64,000 nucleotides of DNA from Candidatus Magasanikiibacteriota bacterium (GTDB lineage Bacteria; Patescibacteriota; Patescibacteriia; Magasanikbacterales; GWA2-37-8). The notes below the pieces were generated by a model that was not told the DNA's origin, made no database searches, and saw only the letters and a program-made list of their open reading frames with translations. The stretch lies in NCBI GenBank assembly GCA_963840935.1, contig CAWJAS010000001.1:706790-770789 (forward strand), given 5' to 3'. Shown here one piece after another: positions 9,413-18,511 of the stretch. Made by a program: the position numbers and the translations under genes. Within the stretch, counting starts at the first letter, position 1, and each line of letters begins with the position of its first letter.

Positions 9413-10285
9413 CTATTCCTGATGATACAGGGCAAACAGACGGTTCATGACCTCGCTAAAATCCATCAAAGGAAAAATATTGCGCGCATATTCTCGCATA
9501 ACCAGGAACTGTCTCGCAACCTTGGTCATGTGGTTTCTCTCCCTCTCGCTTCCCGGATCAAATTCAACATCCCAGCGCAGAGGAACAGCCCTGCCAATCA
9601 TTCCCCAACGGAAATTGCCATTGGCTTTCATGATTCTTAAGCAGGCGTGGAAATCCTCCATACCGGCCAGCGGAACCTCGCCAAATTCCTCGGTTCTAAC
9701 GGTCCTGCCGATGCCATTGCATTCCGGGGCGAAGCCACCCACGCCAAGAAGGACTTCTGAATTCCAAATGGCAGCGGTGTTTTGGACGACGTTCCATTGC
9801 GGTCTTTCCCACCAGCGTTCACGGAGAAATCCGGCTACTGCCAGATTCCTACGCTCGATGAAATTGAGCGCCTGAGATATTCTTAATCCATCCACATCGA
9901 TTTCCGGCGACCACATCATAACATAATTACCGGGATAACGCTCCTCGGCGATACGAATGCCGTCGTTAAGGGCGTTTCCGCTACCGGGGTTTCTACCCCA
10001 ATTCTCGCAAGTCAGCGGGATGAGAGAACCGTCAGTGATTTCATTGGGGAATGTTTCCCTAAGTGCCGCTATGGTCGGCGTCACTCCGTCTTCCGCATTC
10101 TCAGCCATAGGACTTTTGGGGTCCCCATTGGTCACGACGACAACCGCCCGGACCACTTCGGAAAACCGCAAGATGTTTCTGAGCGGACGCGCCACCTTGT
10201 TGGCAAACAGAACCGGATCAAAACTCTTTCCTTGTCCACCTGTTCCGGCCTGAAAAGACCGGGTTATAACTGTTAACGCAGTCAT
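9413..10285 (-). CDS. Hypothetical protein with GT-A-fold/nucleotide-diphospho-sugar-transferase-like features. Its GC content (about 50%) is markedly higher than its neighbours (about 35%).
   Basis: 290-aa ORF with protein-like composition. It has a DxD-like motif (EIDVDG) and a VVVVTNGDP beta-strand motif. The function call is weak. It is followed at 9339-9372 by a GC hairpin plus T10 terminator. Confidence 0.4.
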   Translation of the reverse strand: MTALTVITRSFQAGTGGQGKSFDPVLFANKVARPLRNILRFSEVVRAVVVVTNGDPKSPMAENAEDGVTPTIAALRETFPNEITDGSLIPLTCENWGRNPGSGNALNDGIRIAEERYPGNYVMMWSPEIDVDGLRISQALNFIERRNLAVAGFLRERWWERPQWNVVQNTAAIWNSEVLLGVGGFAPECNGIGRTVRTEEFGEVPLAGMEDFHACLRIMKANGNFRWGMIGRAVPLRWDVEFDPGSERERNHMTKVARQFLVMREYARNIFPLMDFSEVMNRLFALYHQE

Positions 10286-10410
10286 TCAACCTCCTTTTTC
10301 ATGATTTTTAAAGAACAGTTAAAGAAATAAAATTTTAACTAGCAAGATTAACACAAAAAAGGCCCTTTGTCAAGCCCGTGAGGTGAATATTGAGTGTTAA
10401 TTTTTATCGG

Positions 10411-11604
10411 CTAGTTCTTTATTCTTTGCGACCGCCTTTGTAGTATGAGTTCTTTATAAAATAAATATAACTCATTATCTTGTTCATCTTCACTCCAATT
10501 CATCATTGCGCGAGCCGTAATATCACCATGTTCCTTAAATGAGGATATATCAGACTCTTGTGTCGCACCAACTTCGGCTCCATAATAAATAATGGGTGGC
10601 TGTTTTTGCGCAAACTGTATCTTGGCAGCTTCCTTTAGTTTATTTTTATCCTGGCCTGTTTCAAAAAGAAATCTGTTCATGTCATGATTGTCCAAAAATG
10701 TCGGCAAAAAATAATCAGCTGGATATTTTTTGTAATGACGCTTTAGTTTCCATTGGAGTAGCCAGCGTGGCCGAAAAAACGACGGCTTGGCAATATACTG
10801 TTTCATTAACTTCTGAAATTCAAAATCCAGCACACCATCCAACTCACCAATATACTCCTTTAACAAAGCATCAGAAATTGATCCAGATAACCATTTGATA
10901 ATTTTTCCTTTTATCTGAATTGTTCTTAGGTCAGCAAACTTCACACCGGAAATCCAAGCTTCTCCAATCAGAACCGCTTCGGGATATTCTTTCTTGATTT
11001 CACTTCTAAAAAATTTCCAAAACAAATGCTTTGGGCCGACAACATGATCCAATCTGAAACCGTCTATTCCTTGGCTTAACCAATATTTTGCGGAATTGAC
11101 GATGTGATCTCTTGCCGGCTCAAAATCCAAATTTATTTTAGGCAATTCACGAACTTTTAAAAAACACAGGTATTGATCCGGCCATTTAGTAAAATGAAAC
11201 CAATTTCTATATTGACTATCCTTGTTTTTCTGAGCGTCCAAAAAATACGGATGAAAGCTTGACATGTGGTTTGGCACAAAATCCATTAAAATTTTTATTT
11301 TTCTTCTGTGTGCCTCATCAATTAATTTTTTTAATATCGATAAAGAACCGAAACGGTGATCAACAGCAAAAAAATCGGTAATGTGATAACCGTGATATTC
11401 GCTTGTCACGTTGAACGGACTAAGCCAAATAGTGTTTATGCCGAGGTCTTTCAAATAATCAAGGCGCTCAATAACACCGGTGAGATTCCCGCCACAAAAA
11501 GACGGAGCCTTGCAATTTAACGGTTTCTCGTCTTCAAGTTTGCCTCTGGAGAACCGGTCAATAAAAATTTGATAAATAATTGCGTCTTGGAACCAGGAAG
11601 TCAT
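10411..11604 (-). CDS. Alpha-amylase family glycoside hydrolase (GH13 catalytic domain)
   Basis: GH13 regions are present: DAIIYQIFIDRF, GINTIWLSPF, ILMDFVPNH, GIDGFRLDHV, GEAW, FLDNHD. Confidence 0.85.
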   Translation of the reverse strand: MTSWFQDAIIYQIFIDRFSRGKLEDEKPLNCKAPSFCGGNLTGVIERLDYLKDLGINTIWLSPFNVTSEYHGYHITDFFAVDHRFGSLSILKKLIDEAHRRKIKILMDFVPNHMSSFHPYFLDAQKNKDSQYRNWFHFTKWPDQYLCFLKVRELPKINLDFEPARDHIVNSAKYWLSQGIDGFRLDHVVGPKHLFWKFFRSEIKKEYPEAVLIGEAWISGVKFADLRTIQIKGKIIKWLSGSISDALLKEYIGELDGVLDFEFQKLMKQYIAKPSFFRPRWLLQWKLKRHYKKYPADYFLPTFLDNHDMNRFLFETGQDKNKLKEAAKIQFAQKQPPIIYYGAEVGATQESDISSFKEHGDITARAMMNWSEDEQDNELYLFYKELILQRRSQRIKN

Positions 11605-11708
11605 ATTTGTACGCCAAGGGATTCGTCACGGGATGAACCCGTGACGCCCTGAGTTTATCTCAGGGCGAACAAAAAAAATAAAGAATTATATTAAACACAG
11701 TATATATG

Positions 11709-11782
11709 TGCACGCCAAGGGATTCGAACCCCTGACCCCCTCGGTGTAAACGAGGTGCTCTAACCAACTGAGCTAGGCGTGC
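11709..11782 (-). tRNA. tRNA-Val (anticodon TAC)
   Basis: The reverse complement folds as GCACGCC / GCTC-AGTTGGTTA-GAGC / CCTCG-TTTACAC-CGAGG / AGGGG-TTCGAAT-CCCTT / GGCGTGC-A. The anticodon loop has UAC at positions 34-36. Confidence 0.85.
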
Positions 11783-11856
11783 AATTCCGCCGAATCTTAA
11801 TATAAATATAGTATAAAGTCAATAGTATATACCCGATTCACTCCATTAATTTTTCT

Positions 11857-12861
11857 TTATTTCTTCTTCAAAGTTTTTACATAATCCGCGAAATCAGAAA
11901 TGTCTTTTTTCTGTTCCATCCAATACCACCACTCCGCTCCCCACAAATAAGCGCGGGAAAACCCAACTTTTTGCGCGTAATCAATATTTTTTTCAAATCT
12001 CTTTATATTCATTGATTTGTATTGTTCGGTCAAATCGACTTTTGCCACATCATTATTACTGACCCATGGCTCGGCCTGCAATTCAGAAATATAAGCATTT
12101 TCCGATTTTTGCCCGGTCAACCAAAGTTTGGAGCGATAAAAAAGCGGAGTCAGCCAATCATACGAAAAATATCCGATGGTTTTATTCCAAACGACTCGAT
12201 ACATGGTTGTGCCGAATAAATCGCCGGCCCTCGCGGTATTGCGCCAAGAAGCCAATTCCCCGCTGTCAGTGACCATCACCGGCCTTTCCGAGTCAAAAGA
12301 ACGGACAACATTTATTTCGGAAATCAACATCTCCAAATCAAAATAACGACACTCGCCATATTTTAAAAGTGGTTCATTTTCAATCTGCCAAATTTCTATG
12401 GCCGGATGGTCCACATATTGTTCAACCGTTGCTTTGACAAATCTTTTTACCGCCGCCTGATACTCTGTGTCGGATAATTTTTCCGCCCAATTTGGGGCAT
12501 GGCATTCGGGCCAACGAGGAGTTTTTTGCCCCACCGCCAAAACGACTTTCGCGCCATATTGACCGGCCAAATCCATAAGCTTATTAAGCTCGGCAAAATT
12601 ATATACGCCAGGGAGTTTTTCAATTTCATCCCACTGAGCCGACAAACGAATATAATGAAACCCCCAATCGTTTAAAATTGTATTTAAAACCGCGGTTGGC
12701 TCAAAACCAAGTTGCTTGGCATATGTCGCATTAAAACTAACGCCATAAACTTGTTCGCTGTTTTTGGTGGCTACGGCATAAAGTCGCACCAAGCCCCAAA
12801 TAATTAATATCGCCAAAATTATTATTAATATTTTCATAATTTTTTTGAATGTATTTGACAT
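11857..12861 (-). CDS. Membrane-anchored GH-A clan glycoside hydrolase (GH42/GH5-like TIM barrel)
   Basis: N-terminal TM helix, then a conserved NEP acid/base motif (EIWQIENEP) and YIRLSAQWDEIEKLPGVYNF, typical of clan GH-A enzymes. Confidence 0.55.
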   Translation of the reverse strand: MSNTFKKIMKILIIILAILIIWGLVRLYAVATKNSEQVYGVSFNATYAKQLGFEPTAVLNTILNDWGFHYIRLSAQWDEIEKLPGVYNFAELNKLMDLAGQYGAKVVLAVGQKTPRWPECHAPNWAEKLSDTEYQAAVKRFVKATVEQYVDHPAIEIWQIENEPLLKYGECRYFDLEMLISEINVVRSFDSERPVMVTDSGELASWRNTARAGDLFGTTMYRVVWNKTIGYFSYDWLTPLFYRSKLWLTGQKSENAYISELQAEPWVSNNDVAKVDLTEQYKSMNIKRFEKNIDYAQKVGFSRAYLWGAEWWYWMEQKKDISDFADYVKTLKKK

Positions 12862-12863
12862 AT

Positions 12864-13793
12864 CTAGACCAATAACGCCAAACCGACGGCAATAATTAAA
12901 ATCGCGATTGACTGAAACACAACCTCGCGAGGAGTAATTTTTTCTCGAAATAATTTAGGAGCGTATTTTGTTAAATAAAAAACCGCCAAAATTAACACAG
13001 CATACTGAAAACCAGCGATAGCATTTACAATCGTAACATCCCCCAAAGCAATGGCCCACTGAATCAAAAATACCCCAACAAGCGCCCCCAAGCGATTAAT
13101 AAGAATTACCAAGTGACCGGTATTGGCTTTTTCCGGCTTATTCGAACGACCAAAAAAAATATGAAATATTTTTTTAATACCGACTAATAATTCTTGTCTT
13201 ATCGGGGTCGAAAATAAAAGAAACAGTCCAAAAATCGCGATTGCTCCTCTGGTCCAAACAAGCCCGCTAAAAAATCCATAACCATCATAAATATATTTGG
13301 CCGAGACGTGAGAAACGGCAAAAAGAAAACCGGAAAGAACTCCCCAAGCAATCCCCAAATGCCATCCATTGTTTTTTTCGCTTTTTTCTCTTGCGATCAA
13401 AAGCAATCCGCCGACTAAACAAGCAATGGCAATAAGTGTTTTTTGACTGAACGAATTACCCAAAAAATAAATACTCAAAAATAAAACAAAAACGGGCGTA
13501 ATCGCGCCGACCAAAGGACCGGCATGCGAAACCTCGCTTTTTTGAAAACAAATAAACATAGCCCACAAACCCAAAAAAAATGTCAAACCGGACAAAATGG
13601 CAATAAACCAGTCAAGCATGCCGTTTAAAAAAACAACACCAAAAGGAATAAGTAAAAAAATCGGCAATAATATGGCGGTCGAATAAAAAACAAAAGTTGC
13701 CGAATTATTTATTTTATTTTCTAAAATAAATTTATCCAAAATATTCACCGCCGCCAAAATAAAATATCCAATCAAAGCGATTACAAGCCACAT
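12864..13793 (-). CDS. EamA/DMT-superfamily transporter (10 TM helices)
   Basis: Two homologous 5-TM halves. Highly hydrophobic, 309 aa. Confidence 0.65.
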   Translation of the reverse strand: MWLVIALIGYFILAAVNILDKFILENKINNSATFVFYSTAILLPIFLLIPFGVVFLNGMLDWFIAILSGLTFFLGLWAMFICFQKSEVSHAGPLVGAITPVFVLFLSIYFLGNSFSQKTLIAIACLVGGLLLIAREKSEKNNGWHLGIAWGVLSGFLFAVSHVSAKYIYDGYGFFSGLVWTRGAIAIFGLFLLFSTPIRQELLVGIKKIFHIFFGRSNKPEKANTGHLVILINRLGALVGVFLIQWAIALGDVTIVNAIAGFQYAVLILAVFYLTKYAPKLFREKITPREVVFQSIAILIIAVGLALLV

Positions 13794-13796
13794 ATG

Positions 13797-14639
13797 TTAT
13801 TCTTTATTAATTTTTTCGGCGCAAAAAACCGCGTTCCGCATTAAACAAGCCACGGTTACAATCCCAACACCGCCCGGGGTGGGCGTAATTTGTATGCCCT
13901 GTTTTTTAAAAAGCGCGCGATCGGCATCCCCGACGGATTTTTTACCTGAAAAAGAAAAACCGGCGTCAATAATTACCGTTCCTTTTTTAACCATATTTGT
14001 TTTTATCAACCCGGCGTGACCGACGGCAGAAATAATAATATCCGCGCTTTTGCATAAACCGGCCAAATCTTTAGTTGTGCTATTCGCGACAATCACAGTG
14101 GCGTGTCTTTCCATTAATTCCAAGGCGAGCGGACGCCCGACCAAAAGTCCGGCTCCGATAACCAACGCTTTTTTTCCTTTTAAATTAATTTTTTTATCGT
14201 CTATAATTTCCAAAATAGCGTCAACAGTCGGCGGAATAATTTTTGCTCTCTTCATCACTACCCTGCCCAAATTAATATCAGACAAACAATCGATGTCTTT
14301 ATCTGGCAATAAGCAAGACAATATTTTATTTGCGTCAATTTTTTTTGGCAAAGGCAATTGAATAATTATTCCGGATACGGCGGGATTACTTTGAGTATGC
14401 AAAATTAAACTTGATAATTTATTCTCGGAAGTCGTTGCCGACAACTTAATAATTTCAAAATTAAATCCCAATTTTTTGGCCATTTTTTCTTTTTGATTAA
14501 TATAAACAATTGATTGTGGAGAATCACCAACCAAAAAAACGGTTATTTTTGGATGATAACCTTTTTTTATTAGCCGAGAGACTCTTAACTCGGTGTTTTT
14601 ATTTATTTTTTGGGAAATTTTTTGGCAATCAATAAACAT
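13797..14639 (-). CDS. folD: Bifunctional methylenetetrahydrofolate dehydrogenase / methenyl-THF cyclohydrolase
   Basis: The conserved Rossmann segment is present (ALVIGAGLLVGRPLALEL, PTPGGVGIVTVACLMRN). The length of 280 aa fits folD. Confidence 0.9.
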   Translation of the reverse strand: MFIDCQKISQKINKNTELRVSRLIKKGYHPKITVFLVGDSPQSIVYINQKEKMAKKLGFNFEIIKLSATTSENKLSSLILHTQSNPAVSGIIIQLPLPKKIDANKILSCLLPDKDIDCLSDINLGRVVMKRAKIIPPTVDAILEIIDDKKINLKGKKALVIGAGLLVGRPLALELMERHATVIVANSTTKDLAGLCKSADIIISAVGHAGLIKTNMVKKGTVIIDAGFSFSGKKSVGDADRALFKKQGIQITPTPGGVGIVTVACLMRNAVFCAEKINKE

Positions 14640-14732
14640 GGCGATTGAAAAATCTTGATAATTATACCATAATTTGGCTTTGCGAGCAAATTTTATGACT
14701 GTTTTTTGCCTTAAATTAGCTTAATTTTTGTA

Positions 14733-14761
14733 TTGACAAAAGCGCTAATTTGTGCTATAAT
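14733..14761 (+). promoter_or_regulatory. Consensus sigma70-type promoter (TTGACA, 17-nt spacer, TATAAT) for the GT4 gene
   Basis: TTGACA at 14733-14738 and TATAAT at 14756-14761 with an exact 17-nt spacer, 22 nt upstream of the ATG at 14783. Confidence 0.6.
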
Positions 14762-14782
14762 ATATAGTTATATTAAAAAAAT

Positions 14783-15937
14783 ATGAAAATAGTCATGTTG
14801 GGCCACAAAGGAATACCGGCAATTTATGGCGGAATTGAACGCCATGTTGAAGAATTGTCAGCAGAACTCGTCAAACAAGGACACGAGGTTTTTGCTTATT
14901 CCAGACGCTGGTATTCGCCAAATAATTTATCTGAACATCGTGGAATTAAAATTATTTATACTCCGACTATCAAAACAAAACATTTGGACGCTATTGTTCA
15001 TACTTTTACCGCCACATTAAAGGCCATGGCGCAAAAACCGGATATTATTCATTATCACGGGGTCGGCCCGTCACTTTTGGCTTGGATCCCAAGAATTTTT
15101 GCTCCAAAAATCAAAGTGGTTTGCACTTTCCATTGTATCGACCGCTACCACCAAAAATGGGGGGTTATCGCCCGCCTGATGCTTTGGCTTGGCGAAAAAG
15201 CGGCCTGCAAATTTCCGCATGAAACAATTGCCGTATCAAAAACAATTCAAAATTATTGTTTGAATGAATACCGAACCAATACTTCTTATAATCCAAATGG
15301 TGTTTCCATTGAAGACGGTTCAAAAATTGAACATTTGTCAAAATGGAATTTGGAACCGAATAAATATTTGGTTATGGTTTCACGCTTGGTCAAACACAAA
15401 GGGGCGCACTATTTAATTGAAGCGTGGAAAAAGGCACGAAGCGAAGAACCTGCTTTGAAAGATTTAAAATTGGTGATTGTGGGCGGAAGCTCATTCACCG
15501 ATGATTATGTTCGCACACTAAAAAAATTAAGTGAAGGTGAAAATTCAATCATATTTACCGACTGGCAAAATGGTGAACCGCTTAACGCGCTTTACGCCAA
15601 CACCCTGATGCTTGTTCATCCGTCAGAAAACGAAGGATTGCCCATCACGGTACTACAAGCAATGGCTTATGGACGCCCGGCTTTGGTGTCGGATATTCCT
15701 GAACACCAAGAAGTTATTACCGACGGCAAATTTTGGTCGGCCAATGCTTCAACTTTTTCTTTGTCCAAAAAAATAATTGAATTGGTGAAAAATCCGGCAT
15801 TACTTGAAGAAGCTGGCAAAACTAATTTGGAAACTGTGATGAATTATTTTCAGTGGACAGATATCGCCAAAAAAACCGCCGACTTATATAGCTTGCCAAT
15901 TACCGAGCGAGCACATAAAAAATTAAGAACCGCATAA
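14783..15937 (+). CDS. Glycosyltransferase family 4 (GT-B fold)
   Basis: MKIVMLGHKGIPAIYGGIERHVEELSAELVKQGHEV is a GT4 N-terminal domain. The C-terminal E-x7-E-like region is HPSENEGLPITVLQAMAYGRPALVSD. Confidence 0.8.
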   Translation: MKIVMLGHKGIPAIYGGIERHVEELSAELVKQGHEVFAYSRRWYSPNNLSEHRGIKIIYTPTIKTKHLDAIVHTFTATLKAMAQKPDIIHYHGVGPSLLAWIPRIFAPKIKVVCTFHCIDRYHQKWGVIARLMLWLGEKAACKFPHETIAVSKTIQNYCLNEYRTNTSYNPNGVSIEDGSKIEHLSKWNLEPNKYLVMVSRLVKHKGAHYLIEAWKKARSEEPALKDLKLVIVGGSSFTDDYVRTLKKLSEGENSIIFTDWQNGEPLNALYANTLMLVHPSENEGLPITVLQAMAYGRPALVSDIPEHQEVITDGKFWSANASTFSLSKKIIELVKNPALLEEAGKTNLETVMNYFQWTDIAKKTADLYSLPITERAHKKLRTA

Positions 15938-15960
15938 ATAATTAAAAAAATCCACTGGTT

Positions 15961-16695
15961 CTAACCGGTGGGTTTTTTTATTGTCATAATCTGCGCTTCG
16001 CCGTTTTTTATTTTTTGGCCCGCGCGATTGAAGTATTCTATTTTAATATTTTTGAACCCGGCATTTCTTGCCAGCGCGCGCAATTCCGAATCGGAAAATA
16101 TATGAATATATCGCGGGTAATCTTTTTTGCCCGTCGCTTTCCAGCCCACATAAACATCGCCCGCGTCATGGCCGGGTTTAATATTTTTTAATTGTTTTTC
16201 AATATTAAATTTATTTCTCGCCCAATCTTCAAGCAAATTCCAATTATCTATTTTTGCTGTTGCTCCATTTTTTAGCACGCGAAAAAGCTCATTCATAAAT
16301 TTTTGCCGTAGCTCATCTGACGGAATATGATGCATCACTGAAATGGAAATCGCAAAATCAAAATAATTATTTTTAAAAGGCAATTTCATGGCATCGGCCA
16401 CCACGAATTCAGCTTGTTTTGTTTTTATGTATGACGCGTATTTTTTTTTGCATAATTCGATTAATTTTTTTGAAATATCGACGCCGGTATAATAACCCCC
16501 TTGATTCATAATAGCGTTCGCCATAAGACCATTGCCACAGCCCAAATCAAGCGTTTTCATTTCGGTTTTTACGCCTTTAATCATTCGCATTTTTATTCCA
16601 CTCGGCTCAAAACGCGAAACATCCCATTCCTTGGCGATGGTATTGTAAATTCGGCTCATTTGCCGTACAATTGCTAATGCTTTACGTTTTTGCAT
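15961..16695 (-). CDS. Class I SAM-dependent methyltransferase
   Basis: Motif I is LDLGCGNGLMANAI and motif II is FDFAISISVMHHIP. Confidence 0.8.
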   Translation of the reverse strand: MQKRKALAIVRQMSRIYNTIAKEWDVSRFEPSGIKMRMIKGVKTEMKTLDLGCGNGLMANAIMNQGGYYTGVDISKKLIELCKKKYASYIKTKQAEFVVADAMKLPFKNNYFDFAISISVMHHIPSDELRQKFMNELFRVLKNGATAKIDNWNLLEDWARNKFNIEKQLKNIKPGHDAGDVYVGWKATGKKDYPRYIHIFSDSELRALARNAGFKNIKIEYFNRAGQKIKNGEAQIMTIKKPTG

Positions 16696-18510
16696 ATGGC
16701 TTTACTCCACGAAAAAATTATTAAAAAATTGCTTAGAAAAGTCCCCAAAACAGAGGATGATTTTGGCGCTGTTTTGCGTTCCGAATCCCGCGCTGTCAAA
16801 GGCAATCAAGGCACCCCGCGAAAATCGGATTTGCTTCGAGTATATCACGAACTTATTCAGGCGGGCAAGATAAAAAAATCTTCCGCTTTGGAATCTATAT
16901 TAATCAAGCGCGCGGTCAGAACATTGTCCGGCGTGGCGATTATTACGGTTTTAACAAAACCAAATGAGTGCCCGGGAAAGTGCATTTATTGCCCGAATGA
17001 AAAACAAATGCCAAAAAGCTATTTGAGCGATGAGCCGGCGGCGGCCAGAGCATTACTTTTAAATTTTGATCCATTTAAACAAGTAACTGCTCGAATTGAA
17101 GCGCTAAAAAATAACGGTCATCCGACCGATAAAATTGAACTAATTGTTAAAGGGGGCACTTGGAATGCTTATCCCCTGTCTTATCAATATTGGTTTATAT
17201 TGCGATGTTTTGAAGCGGCTAACTCATCATTGTCATTGCGAGCCCCGAAGGGGCGTGGCAATCCCCTGATAATTCAGGAAGCCGTGGGATTGCTTCGTCG
17301 CTCCACGGTCGCTCCTCGCAATGACAAAGTTACGTCTCTTCGCGCCGCTCTTCAAACAGCGCAGAAAAAAAACGAAAAAGCCAAGCACAGAATAATCGGC
17401 TTGACTTTGGAAACCAGACCGGATCACATCAATAAAAAAAATATTATTATAATGCGCGAACTTGGATGCACCAGAATTGAACTTGGCGTCCAAACGACTG
17501 ATGAAAAAATCTTGAAGCTGGTTAGGCGCGGGCACGGAACAGATGAAATAATCCAAGCCACGGAATTATTAAAAAATTACGGTTTTAAAGTTGATTATCA
17601 TTTGATGCCACAACTTCCCGGCTCGACTCCGGCCAAAGACGCGCGTATGCTTGAAGAAATTTTTGACAACCCGAACTACCGACCGGACATGATAAAAATT
17701 TACCCCTGCACGGTCACAAAAAATTCTCCACTTTATCTTTGGGTTAAATCAGGCAAATACAAACCATACACAGACAAAAAATTGATTGAACTTTTGATTA
17801 GTTTCAAAACCAAAATCCCCCGTTATGTCCGCATCTCTCGGCTTATCCGCGATATTCCGGGGCATCATATTGTTGCCGGAAACAAAATGACAAATTTGCG
17901 ACAAGTAATTCAAGCGGAAATGGCGCGTCGCGGACTCAAATGCAATTGCTTGCGTTGCCGTGAAGTCGGACATGCCAACCTCCCTCTCCTTGCCAAGGAG
18001 AGGGCTGGGGTGAGGTCCTCCTTTGAACCAAAACTATTTATTGATAAATATAAAGCTTCCGGCGGTACAGAATACTTTCTAAGCTTTGAAGACACAAAAC
18101 GAAAAATGGTGTTCGCTTTTTGCCGATTAAGAATATGTACGTCTGTCATCCTGAACGCAGTGAAGGATCTTGTTCCTCTTGTCATTCCCGCGTCCCGAAG
18201 GTATCCCTTTGGGAAAGGTGGAATCCAGTCACCGTTAGATCCCCGTTTACACGGGGATGACAACAAAATGGCATTTATTCGCGAGCTCCACACCTACGGA
18301 CAATCCTTATTATTAAAGCAAAAAAACAACAAGGCATTAAAACACATCCAGCACAAAGGGCTCGGCAAGAAACTTGTTAAAGAGGTTGAAAAAATCTGCA
18401 AAAAGAATAGAATAAATAAGCTGGCGGTAATATCGGGCGTTGGCGTGCGCGATTATTATCGCAAACTTGGATATAAATTAGAAAATACTTATTTGATTAA
18501 AAAAATTTAA
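16690..18510 (+). CDS. Elp3-like radical-SAM / GNAT protein (tRNA wobble-uridine modification type). It carries three in-frame palindromic repeat insertions.
   Basis: Radical-SAM cysteine motif (ECPGKCIYCPNE), a central zinc-finger-like region (CNCLRCREVG) and a C-terminal GNAT domain (GLGKKLVKEVEKICKKNRINKLAVISGVGVRDYYRKLGY). Its length of 606 aa is consistent with Elp3 plus about 80 aa of insertions. Confidence 0.7.
   Translation: MHMALLHEKIIKKLLRKVPKTEDDFGAVLRSESRAVKGNQGTPRKSDLLRVYHELIQAGKIKKSSALESILIKRAVRTLSGVAIITVLTKPNECPGKCIYCPNEKQMPKSYLSDEPAAARALLLNFDPFKQVTARIEALKNNGHPTDKIELIVKGGTWNAYPLSYQYWFILRCFEAANSSLSLRAPKGRGNPLIIQEAVGLLRRSTVAPRNDKVTSLRAALQTAQKKNEKAKHRIIGLTLETRPDHINKKNIIIMRELGCTRIELGVQTTDEKILKLVRRGHGTDEIIQATELLKNYGFKVDYHLMPQLPGSTPAKDARMLEEIFDNPNYRPDMIKIYPCTVTKNSPLYLWVKSGKYKPYTDKKLIELLISFKTKIPRYVRISRLIRDIPGHHIVAGNKMTNLRQVIQAEMARRGLKCNCLRCREVGHANLPLLAKERAGVRSSFEPKLFIDKYKASGGTEYFLSFEDTKRKMVFAFCRLRICTSVILNAVKDLVPLVIPASRRYPFGKGGIQSPLDPRLHGDDNKMAFIRELHTYGQSLLLKQKNNKALKHIQHKGLGKKLVKEVEKICKKNRINKLAVISGVGVRDYYRKLGYKLENTYLIKKI
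17230..17327. repeat. MITE-like nested palindromic element inserted in-frame in the Elp3-like CDS (13-bp perfect terminal inverted repeats ttgtcattgcgag / ctcgcaatgacaa)
   Basis: The TIRs enclose the cccc-gaa-gggg and ggcaatccc/gggattgcc sub-hairpins. It is translated as ...SLSLRAPKGRGNPLIIQEAVGLLRRSTVAPRNDKVTSL... Confidence 0.7.
17982..18012. repeat. Short palindromic element (ccctctccttg-N-caaggagaggg, then ctggggtgagg) in-frame in the Elp3-like CDS
   Basis: A perfect 11-bp inverted repeat, translated as HANLPLLAKERAGVRS between the CxCxRC motif and the downstream domain. Confidence 0.65.
18144..18262. repeat. Nested palindromic element (tgtcatcctgaacgcagtgaaggatc ... ccccgtttacacggggatgacaa) in-frame in the GNAT part of the Elp3-like CDS
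   Basis: Terminal inverted repeat ctgtcatcc / ggatgacaa, an internal hairpin ccccgt-ttac-acgggg, and a gtcattcccgcgtcccgaagg module. Translated as VILNAVKDLVPLVIPASRRYPFGKGGIQSPLDPRLHGDD. Confidence 0.65.
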
Positions 18511-18511
18511 T

